DNA from: Verrucomicrobiota bacterium
Lineage (GTDB): Bacteria; Verrucomicrobiota; Verrucomicrobiia; Limisphaerales; AAA164-E04
Length of the DNA: 64,000 nucleotides
Assembly: GCA_047947115.1 (NCBI GenBank)
Contig: CP170459.1
Span: 2,400,001-2,464,000 of the forward strand
Direction of reading: 5' to 3'
The notes under the pieces were generated by a model. The model was not told the origin of the DNA. It made no database searches and saw only the letters and a program-made list of their open reading frames with translations. Below are positions 57,049 to 64,000 of this stretch, in pieces. The position numbers and the translations under genes are program-made. The stretch's first letter is position 1. The number at the start of each line of letters is the position of its first letter.

Positions 57049-57669
57049 ATGGAAGCGGTAGCTTTAAATGCCCAATCTCGCAGTGAACTGAAGCGGAGTC
57101 GTGTCAAGAAACTCCGCACCAATGGCGTTGTACCAGGAGTGCTCTATGGGGGCTCCGATGATCCCAAAGCGGTTTCAATCTGCGCCAAAGAATTCAAAAA
57201 GCTGATGAAGCACTCTGCTTCGGAAAACATTCTGGTCGAACTTGGCATGGATGGCGGGAGTCATCTGGCCATGGTGCAGGAAGTTCAGCACCATCCACTT
57301 TCAGGAGATGTGTTGCACGTTGATTTCCGTGAAGTGCGCGCCGACCAGCCCATCATTGTTGCGGTGCCTATCGAGCCTCGCGGCGAAGCCTACGGTGTGA
57401 AGAATGAAGGTGGTCTGCTTGAACACGTTTTGTTCAGTATCAAAGTCAAAGCGCTGCCCAAGGACTTGCCTGAAGTGATTCATGTCAACGTGACTGAAAT
57501 GCGTTCGGGTCAGACCATGCATTTGGGTGAAATTCCATTGCCTGAGAATCTGGAAGTGATCGGTGAAAAAGGCATTCCCGCATTCTCCATCTCTATCGGT
57601 CGTGCCGCACGTGCTGAAGCAGCACAAGAAAAGGCACAAGAAAAGGCACAAGCAGCGGGTGGCAAGTAA
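57049..57669 (+). CDS. rplY: 50S ribosomal protein L25/general stress protein Ctc
   Basis: KLR..G.VPGVLYG, VQEVQHHP...LHVDF, GVK.EGG.L, LPKDLP. Confidence 0.95.
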   Translation: MEAVALNAQSRSELKRSRVKKLRTNGVVPGVLYGGSDDPKAVSICAKEFKKLMKHSASENILVELGMDGGSHLAMVQEVQHHPLSGDVLHVDFREVRADQPIIVAVPIEPRGEAYGVKNEGGLLEHVLFSIKVKALPKDLPEVIHVNVTEMRSGQTMHLGEIPLPENLEVIGEKGIPAFSISIGRAARAEAAQEKAQEKAQAAGGK

Positions 57670-57731
57670 TTTTTTAAAGACGGAGGAAAGGACTTTCCTC
57701 CACGACAACCCATAATCGACCGGGGCTAGAG

Positions 57732-58340
57732 ATGAACTATCGCATGCTCGTCGGTTTGGGGAATCCCGGTAAAGGCTATGAACGAAACCGGCATAACGTC
57801 GGATTCATGCTTCTGGACCAACTGGCTGGCGGTTGGCGATGTTCTCTGAATCCTCAGGGAAAATTCAGAGCGGAGTGGGGGAAAGTGATCCGTGGTGACC
57901 ACCAGTGGTTGTTGGTCAAGCCCCTCACTTTCATGAACGCCAGTGGTGAGGCGGTGCAGCGGTTGGCTGCCTTTTATCAGGTGCCGCCATCTGAGATTTT
58001 GGTTGTCTATGACGATCTGGATCTGCCCCTTGGGGCGGTCCGATGCCGCCCGGACGGAAGTTCGGGGGGGCACAACGGGATGAAATCCATTGAATCCCGA
58101 CTGGGGACCAGGCAGTTCCCCAGGTTACGGATAGGGATTGGCAGGGATGATCGCGGAAAAGACGCGACTATCAGCTATGTCCTGTCCGACTTTTCCAAAT
58201 CGGAAAAGGCACATTTGGAGCAATCCCTGCAACGGGCGGAGAATCTAATAGAGGAGTGGGGGAATTCCTCACTCGAAAAGGCGATGAGTCTTTTCAACGG
58301 TCGTATTCAACAAGGCGAACCGACCGGCAAGACAAATTAA
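57732..58340 (+). CDS. pth: Peptidyl-tRNA hydrolase
   Basis: VGLGNPG..Y..NRHNVGF, KPLTFMN, YDDLDL, GGHNG, RLRIGIG. Confidence 0.97.
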   Translation: MNYRMLVGLGNPGKGYERNRHNVGFMLLDQLAGGWRCSLNPQGKFRAEWGKVIRGDHQWLLVKPLTFMNASGEAVQRLAAFYQVPPSEILVVYDDLDLPLGAVRCRPDGSSGGHNGMKSIESRLGTRQFPRLRIGIGRDDRGKDATISYVLSDFSKSEKAHLEQSLQRAENLIEEWGNSSLEKAMSLFNGRIQQGEPTGKTN

Positions 58341-58365
58341 CAATAATACAGTCATCAAGACGCTT

Positions 58366-58653
58366 GTGAAACAATACGAAGGATTATTCATCCTAAACAC
58401 GGCTGGGAAGGTCGAAGGAGCGGACGAAGTGCTCGCTCAAGTGACCGAAGTCATCAACGGTGCCGGCGGTAAAGTGACCGGCGAGGTCGAAAAACTCGAC
58501 AATCGCTCCTTTGCCCGCGTGGCCAACAAGAAATACACTTCTGGCTTTTATGCCAAAGTACCTTTCGAAATCGAGCACACTGAGCTGGAGGGTCTCAGGA
58601 ACCAATTAACTTCGCGTAACGACGTCTTTCGCGTTCTTGTCACCAGTGCCTAA
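58366..58653 (+). CDS. rpsF: 30S ribosomal protein S6
   Basis: KQYEGLFIL, GGKV, GFY, VFR.LV; position before ssb. Confidence 0.88.
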   Translation: MKQYEGLFILNTAGKVEGADEVLAQVTEVINGAGGKVTGEVEKLDNRSFARVANKKYTSGFYAKVPFEIEHTELEGLRNQLTSRNDVFRVLVTSA

Positions 58654-58673
58654 CCAGCAGCGCCATCCAAGCC

Positions 58674-59144
58674 ATGCCCTCTTACAACAAAGTCATCCTT
58701 ATCGGCAACCTGACCCGGGATCCTGAACTGCGTTATACCCCAAGCGGGCGTGCCATCGCCAAACTGGGACTTGCGTTGAATCGATCCTGGAAGACCGAAA
58801 CCGGCGAGACGCGGGAAGAGGTGACTTTTGTCGATGTGGACGCGTTCGGCCGTCAGGCTGAGGTGCTTGGACAATACCTTCGCAAAGGGCGACCGGTCAT
58901 GGTCGAAGGTCGATTGAAACTCGATCAGTGGGATGACAAGCAAACCGGACAAAAGCGCAGTCGGATGGGAGTTGTGCTGGAGAGCTTCCAGTTCCTTGAT
59001 TCTGGCGGCAATCGTTCCGAAGGCGAGTCCAGTGACGGATATTCATCTGCGCCACCTCCTTCCAATCAAAACCCGGCCCCGCATACGCAGAGGCCTGCTC
59101 CCGACGATTCCATGCCCATGGACGACGATGATGTTCCATTTTGA
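58674..59144 (+). CDS. ssb: Single-stranded DNA-binding protein
   Basis: NKVILIGNLTRDPELRYTPSG, VEGRL, C-terminal DDDVPF. Confidence 0.98.
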   Translation: MPSYNKVILIGNLTRDPELRYTPSGRAIAKLGLALNRSWKTETGETREEVTFVDVDAFGRQAEVLGQYLRKGRPVMVEGRLKLDQWDDKQTGQKRSRMGVVLESFQFLDSGGNRSEGESSDGYSSAPPPSNQNPAPHTQRPAPDDSMPMDDDDVPF

Positions 59145-59214
59145 TCCAGGGGAAGCAGCGTTTTACACTAGATTTATAACAACACCAAAAAAGATTATTT
59201 AGAACCGAGACAAT

Positions 59215-59694
59215 ATGGCAAAGACAGACGTAATTCTCATCAAAAAAGTGGATGGATTGGGTGGCGAGGCCGATCAAGCGACCGTTGCGGCGGGATATGC
59301 GCGTAACTACCTGATTCCTCAAGGATATGCCATTCCGTTGACCAACGCCAACAAACGACGCGTTGATAGCTTGCGCGAACGCCGTCAGAAACGCGAATCT
59401 GAAGAACTGGCACACGCCAAAGAGCTAGAATCCAGCCTCAGCCGCCTTGTCCTCAATATCAAAGTCAAGACCGGTGAGGACGGTAGAATGTTTGGTTCCG
59501 TCACCTCTCAGGTTATAGCCGACGAATTGATGAGCCAATTTGAGCTAGAATTGGATCGTCGCAAGATCCAGCTGCCTGAAGCTATCAAAACAGCTGGCGA
59601 ACACTTGATCGAAATCCGGCTTCACGCGGATGTGACTGCCAAGCTGAAAGTGCAGATCGAAGGTTCCGTACCTATGCCCACGGCAGCTGAGTAA
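59215..59694 (+). CDS. rplI: 50S ribosomal protein L9
   Basis: VIL...V.GLG, GYARNYLIPQG, MFGSVT, IK..GEH. Confidence 0.96.
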   Translation: MAKTDVILIKKVDGLGGEADQATVAAGYARNYLIPQGYAIPLTNANKRRVDSLRERRQKRESEELAHAKELESSLSRLVLNIKVKTGEDGRMFGSVTSQVIADELMSQFELELDRRKIQLPEAIKTAGEHLIEIRLHADVTAKLKVQIEGSVPMPTAAE

Positions 59695-59725
59695 GCTGTA
59701 TTGCATGGTGATTCAGCCATTTTAG

Positions 59726-59764
59726 ACAAACCCCGCATGCAGGACGTGCGGGGTTTTGTTTTTG
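59726..59764 (+). terminator. Rho-independent terminator of the prs-rplI operon
   Basis: AAACCCCGCA-TGCAGGACG-TGCGGGGTTT followed by a T-rich tract. Confidence 0.8.
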
Positions 59765-59815
59765 CAGCATTGGAAGCTTGAAAAGCTCCTTTCTTCCATA
59801 TAAACCAACACTTAC

Positions 59816-59892
<77 letters not shown>

Positions 59893-60837
59893 TTCCTTGA
59901 AGCTCGATCGGGTCTGCACCAAGGTGGGTCTACACTGCCGCATCACTGCTATTCCGTGGTTACCTGCCAATAGGGTTGGGCGTTCCTGGTGTGTCGACTA
60001 ATGCCCGTTACTTTTTGGACGGATCCTCCAGGGATGGAGTAATGGAATTGGGAGGCGTACAGAAACCTGTTTACCAGTTTTTGAACTCTTTCGTCTTTTA
60101 GGATGAAGCCGTGGCTGTATTCTTTGTAGAATATGGCGTCGCCTACGAGGAGGGTTAAAACGGAGTCGTGGAAGCAACATGAACTGACGTGGGGCACTCT
60201 TCCATCGCCGTCAGGGGTGCGCAATGCCTGTTCAAGTTGGAAGAAGTTTCGAGGTTCATTCGCTTTTTTACTGTTACGTATGACATTCATGGATTGGTAG
60301 GTCTCGAATCCTCCTCTCACCAATACCAACACGCGTTCTCTTTGATCCTTTGTCAGTTCGTTCAGATCAAGCAATCCGTCTTTCACCGTTGCCGAAGCAA
60401 TGGAAAGTGCCCCTTCGAATTTTTCAGCGATCGCCTGTTTCGAAGGTGTGTCTTTGGAACGGATGTTTTCTTGCCAATGGTCGATGTCAAAGAGGTTATG
60501 CTCTCTTGGGCTGGTGGTAAACCGACTTGCTTCTCGGTAGGATGCAAGCAGTTCAAGAGCTCCTGGGAAAGTTCTGATGAGTTTTCTTATTTTTGCCTTC
60601 ACATTGGGGAAAACTCCTTCCCCGATAAGTGCCGCACATACAATATCCAATGACCCTCTGAATGGAGGTGCGGCAAATACAATCTTATGAACTCTGCCAA
60701 ATCCGTTTGACTTTAGATAGTTTCTGAGAACGAAATTGCCTAAACTGTGTGTGACGAAATCTGTAGTGCCCCCCAAAAAAGGGACCAGTAGTTAAGAGAG
60801 ATTTTTCCGGTGTCAGAGAGTAAAATCGAGACACCAA

Positions 60838-61134
60838 ATGAAAGCAAAACGCAAACGATACGACGCCCAGTTCAAAGCCAAAATCGGCTTTGAAGCCATC
60901 CGTGGAATCAAGACGGTTCAGCAGATCGCCAAGGAAAACCAGATCCATCCGACACAGGTGAATCAATGGAAGCAGATCCTCATTGAAGATGCTTCAAGTT
61001 TGTTTGAGGGGAAGCGTCCATCTCAGGACCAGGACGATTGGGCGAATGAACGAGACCGACTCCATGCCAAGATCGGGCAGCAAAGCGTTGAGATCGATTG
61101 GTTGGCAAAAAAGTGCAAGCAACTGCATCTCTAA
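60838..61134 (+). CDS. IS3-family transposase OrfA (HTH)
   Basis: RKRYDAQFKAKI..EA, IHPTQVNQWK, LHAKIGQ..VE.DWL.KK. Confidence 0.92.
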   Translation: MKAKRKRYDAQFKAKIGFEAIRGIKTVQQIAKENQIHPTQVNQWKQILIEDASSLFEGKRPSQDQDDWANERDRLHAKIGQQSVEIDWLAKKCKQLHL

Positions 61135-62024
61135 CCGAGCGTCGGGCGATGGTCGTAAAAGGCCATCGCCAGATCAGTTTGAGAAGGCAGTGTGAACTTT
61201 TGAATATTAGTCGTAGCAAGGTTTTCTACCAAGGCGCTCAGGAATCGGAAGAGAACCTCCACTACATGCGATTGATCGATGAGATCTATATGGATCAACC
61301 CGTTTACGGGTATCGCCGAATGACAGCGGTGCTGCAACGGATGGGGTTTCAGGTCAATGAAAAGCGAATTCAACGGCTGATGAGGTTGATGGGATTGGAG
61401 GCCGTTTATCCAAAACCAAGAACCAGCATCCCCATGCCAGGCCACAAAAAGTATCCATACCTTTTGCGGAACCGAAAACCCACCGGCCCCAATCAAGTAT
61501 GGAGCATGGATATTACATATATTCCTATGAAAATGGGATTTATGTATCTGATGGCCGTTATGGATTGGTGGAGTCGTTTGGTGATCACGTGGGAATTATC
61601 CAACACGATGGAAGCTGAGATTTGTGCCAAGACAGCAGGTGTTGGACTGAGTGCAAGCAAGCATACTCCTCTGATTTTTAACGTGGATCAGGGCAGCCAA
61701 TTTACCAGCAACGTTTTCATTGATACGATCGAGTCATACGCAGTGAAGGTAAGCATGGACGGCCGTGGACGTGCATTGGACAACGTCTTTATCGAACGCT
61801 TATGGCGTAGCATTAAGTATGAGGACATATACCTTCGTGGCTACGAGGATGGGCTCTGCCTGCACCAAGGATTAGAGAGGTGGTTCGACCACTACAACAA
61901 TCACCGGCCTCACCAAGCGCTTGATTACGCCACGCCATGGGAGTGGCATTTCACCCCCAGAAATATGGAGCGACAATCCCGACTTGGATCGACGACGAGG
62001 AACTCAAAATCTAATGTGAGGTAA
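61107..62024 (+). CDS. IS3-family transposase OrfB (DDE integrase core), -1 frame relative to OrfA
   Basis: YGYRRM, PNQVWSMDITY, DQGSQFTS, DNVFIERLWRSIKYE, YNNHRPHQAL; slippery A-AAA-AAG at 61107-61113. Confidence 0.92.
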   Translation, partial: KKVQATASLTERRAMVVKGHRQISLRRQCELLNISRSKVFYQGAQESEENLHYMRLIDEIYMDQPVYGYRRMTAVLQRMGFQVNEKRIQRLMRLMGLEAVYPKPRTSIPMPGHKKYPYLLRNRKPTGPNQVWSMDITYIPMKMGFMYLMAVMDWWSRLVITWELSNTMEAEICAKTAGVGLSASKHTPLIFNVDQGSQFTSNVFIDTIESYAVKVSMDGRGRALDNVFIERLWRSIKYEDIYLRGYEDGLCLHQGLERWFDHYNNHRPHQALDYATPWEWHFTPRNMERQSRLGSTTRNSKSNVR

Positions 62025-62780
62025 CAAAACAAGGAGACTCAAAGCAACTTATTGGAATGCCTCATGAACATGCGCGCAGAAAAATCCAGTCCTCCATTCC
62101 AGCCCGCGAGTGCCGCTTCGCGGAGACATAAGAAGCGGGCTTCCATTCCGGACTGGATTTTTCTCTTCCGATCGGGCACCCTTGAAGAAGTTGGCAGCGG
62201 AATGCCAGTTCAAACACCAAAACCGACACCGGAGAATATATCTTAAATTTCCGCCTCCGTGGTCCCCTAGTTGGGGGGCACCTCAATCAAATGAAGCTAT
62301 GGGGTGCCCTGTTGCCTGCGATTTCTCCGTCAAATAATCAATGTAAGTTGCAAGGCGTTTTCCATTTTCCGATGCCGGTAGCCGCCAATCGTAATTGAAA
62401 ATGAATACCGGATAGTCTGACTTCAGATCGCGTAGGAATTCCCCGTAGGCAAGCTTCTCGATTTCATTGGGCAAAATGATCGTATCGATTGATTCATCGT
62501 AGAATTTTCCATTGTGCACATGGCTCAGTTCCAGATCCTCAATTGTCTCAAAATTGCTCTGTACACCGGACCAAATAATGTCCCAATCAGGTCGATTCGT
62601 TTGAGCCAACTTGGTTCCTTTAATCCCCGGAATAAAAATGAACGCGTCTGCAGGCATGCCAGACACTTGCTCATGGGTTTATGTATGTCAATGTCGTTTT
62701 CCCGGTCAAATCTGATGACGCATGTACAAGAATAATTGTCATTGACTATATTCCATCCGAGACAATTTCATGTACTCTAA

Positions 62781-63036
62781 TATGGAAAAAAATACCTAGA
62801 AGATTACCTTCGAGAAGGTCGATACCTGCTCCTCGGCAACCTTGCAGGAAGCGATCCGACAAAACTCTGGGATGGCTGCATCCAGCTGAAACAGGTTGAG
62901 CAGGTGTTCAGGAACCTCAAGGCTGATTGAGCTGTTCGTCCGATTCACCCCCGTCTGGAAGAACGCAGCGAAGCCCGTATCTTTATTGCATTCCTGGCAT
63001 ACTGTCTTCACGTCACCCTGGGAAAACGATGTCGGC
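62781..63036 (+). pseudogene. IS1634-like (IS4 superfamily) transposase C-terminal remnant
   Basis: Manual translation EGRYLLLGNL..SDPTKLW...IQLKQVEQVFRNLKAD*AVRPIH.RLEERSEARIFIAFLAYCLHVTL; in-frame TGA at 62928-62930. Confidence 0.75.
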
Positions 63037-63120
63037 ACAGAGCAATGGAATAAATCATGTGAAGAGAGCGTGTTGTCGAAAGTCGCAACGTCAACGTATT
63101 CAGCTGTGACGAATTTTCAG

Positions 63121-63507
63121 GAACCACAGGACGATTATGTTTATGTGAAACCGTTTCATCAAGAGGGGGCAGTGGAGATGGTATCAGGGGAAGGGGCTAG
63201 ATACCCTGTTGGGTCAAAAGATGGGAAACAGTTGTATTTCCAAATGAGAAATAAAATATATTCCATCGATATGCTCGAAGGTCAGCGAAAAGATAATGAA
63301 GAACCCAAAGTAGCATTTGAATTACCCGCAGGAATGTCCGGGGAAGAATGGGCGCTTGATTGGGAAAATGATCGAATATTGATCAGTACGAGTGCCGACG
63401 AAGATGCAGATACCTCCGGGGCGTCCAGCGTCGACCTCAATACATTAAGAATCACTTACAATTTTGACGTTGAATTAAAAAGAACTGCTCAATCTCGACT
63501 CAGATAG
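63121..63507 (+). pseudogene. Remnant of a TolB/PD40-type beta-propeller C-terminus
   Basis: VYVKPF...VSGEGARYP.GSKDGKQLYF...ITYNFDVELKR resembles the tail of kinase-PD40 fusion proteins; no credible start of its own. Confidence 0.45.
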
Positions 63508-63530
63508 AAAGAGATGTCGCTGATTGCGCC

Positions 63531-63662
63531 ATCATCTTCATTATTGCCGGTAATCAATTTCGGCTTGCTTGTGCCGTGCATTTCAGAACGAAAATGGTAT
63601 TCGCTTTGAAATTCATGACTCATTCGGAATACGACAAAATGTCTTGGAAGAACGAACTATGA
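63531..63662 (+). pseudogene. HigB-like (RelE superfamily) toxin, C-terminal half only
   Basis: IFIIAGNQFRLACAVHFRTKMVFALKFMTHSEYDKMSWKNEL*. No ATG/GTG/TTG between the upstream stop (63471) and the conserved block; ATGA overlap with the antitoxin. Confidence 0.75.
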
Positions 63663-64000
63663 AAACTCAGACAACAACCAAGGTGCGAGCCCTTGATTCG
63701 GTTCCCAAGGATTATCCGAGTCTCTGTTCCGGATATCCCCCGCGCCCCATTCATGATGATCATGAATACGCTGAAGCCCAAAAAGCCATATTTGAATTGA
63801 TAGGCTTTGAAGAACAGTTTACTCCCGATCAATCCGACTATCTGGAGGCAGTCAGTACCTTCATTGAGCAATATGATCAACAAACGATAAGTTGGCCTCG
63901 GAGAAACCCGAAGTCCATCCTGAAGTATCTCATGGCTGAGCACGCTATGAGTGGCGCCGATCTGGCAAGATACCTTGGCATCAACGAATCGATGGGAGGA
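63659..64000 (+). CDS. HigA-like HTH antitoxin, 3'-truncated by the window end
   Basis: Manual translation MKTQ...PRPIHDDHEYAEA...DQSDYLEAVSTFIEQYD...ILKYLMAEHAMSGADLARYLG; open to the end of the window. Confidence 0.82.
   Translation, partial: MKTQTTTKVRALDSVPKDYPSLCSGYPPRPIHDDHEYAEAQKAIFELIGFEEQFTPDQSDYLEAVSTFIEQYDQQTISWPRRNPKSILKYLMAEHAMSGADLARYLGINESMGG

Larger units (their letters stand above)
60762..62285 (+). mobile_element. IS3-family insertion sequence, 1524 bp
   Basis: IRL TGTAGTGCCCCCCAAAAAAGGGACCA; IRR (reverse complement) TGAGGTGCCCCCCAACTAGGGGACCA; 3-bp target duplication ATC (60759-60761 and 62286-62288); orfA/orfB pair. Confidence 0.95.
59949..62657 (-). pseudogene. LCAT/PGAP1-like alpha/beta-hydrolase (lipase/acyltransferase) interrupted by an IS3-family element
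   Basis: N-part 62286-62657 (FIPGIKGT, FNYDWR...ASFD) and C-part 59949-60761 (DFVTHSLG, PPFRGS, DGDGRVP, SHG) join in frame once the IS and one ATC copy are removed, giving about 393 aa. Confidence 0.88.

Noticed and set aside
57622..57652. 12-bp tandem repeat GCACAAGAAAAG x2.5 at the rplY 3' end
   Set aside because: In-frame low-complexity AQEK tail, typical of the variable L25/Ctc C-terminus.
57682..57701. Hairpin GGAGGAAAG/CTTTCCTCC between rplY and pth
   Set aside because: No U-tract; could be a stabiliser but there is no further support.
61950..62024. Possible 1-nt indel at the OrfB C-terminus (alternative frame KYGATIPTWIDDEELKI)
   Set aside because: It lies beyond the catalytic core and cannot be judged without other copies of the element.
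62928..62930. In-frame TGA in the IS1634-like remnant as a recoding site
   Set aside because: It falls where a Leu is expected in a fragmentary transposase; a simple nonsense mutation is more likely.

Overview
This 64-kb window most likely comes from a PVC-superphylum bacterium, probably a subdivision-3 Verrucomicrobium. That assignment is inferred from DUF1501 and DUF1549/DUF1553 proteins, sulfatases, an H-X9-DG-type prepilin-like protein, a PEP-CTERM tail, ASPIC/UnbV proteins and the prs-rplY-pth-rpsF-ssb-rplI gene order. 0-21 kb is accessory and envelope-related: a hybrid PAS histidine kinase, DUF1501, a small Zn-ribbon protein, a stand-alone DsbD-N protein, a pilin-like gene with a 1413-aa multi-LamG surface protein, a divergent PAS-AraC regulator, two tandem giant FG-GAP/ASPIC-UnbV proteins and a damaged PEP-CTERM gene. 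This stretch also holds a SelW/Rdx-family selenoprotein gene missing from the ORF track (in-frame UGA in a CxxU motif, SECIS-like hairpin, leaderless-type promoter). 20-46 kb has two sulfatases, a Gfo/Idh/MocA oxidoreductase, nnr, a HAD hydrolase, sdhCAB, a divergent ECF sigma, lpxK, a lipid A acyltransferase, a DUF1549/1553-DUF1501 pair, hisB, an ECF sigma/anti-sigma pair and a cupredoxin plus beta-propeller pair. 46-60 kb is core translation: nusA-infB-rbfA-nrnA-truB-ribF with a leader terminator, elaB/yqjE/yqjK-like genes, prsW, prs-rplY-pth-rpsF-ssb-rplI and tRNA-Arg(CCG). After the tRNA a decaying island begins: an LCAT/PGAP1-like hydrolase split by a complete IS3-family element (26-bp IRs, 3-bp target duplication, A6G frameshift site), an IS1634-like remnant, a TolB-like propeller remnant, a 5'-truncated higB-like toxin and a higA-like antitoxin running off the end. 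All family calls are from motif recognition by eye; no database searches were run.
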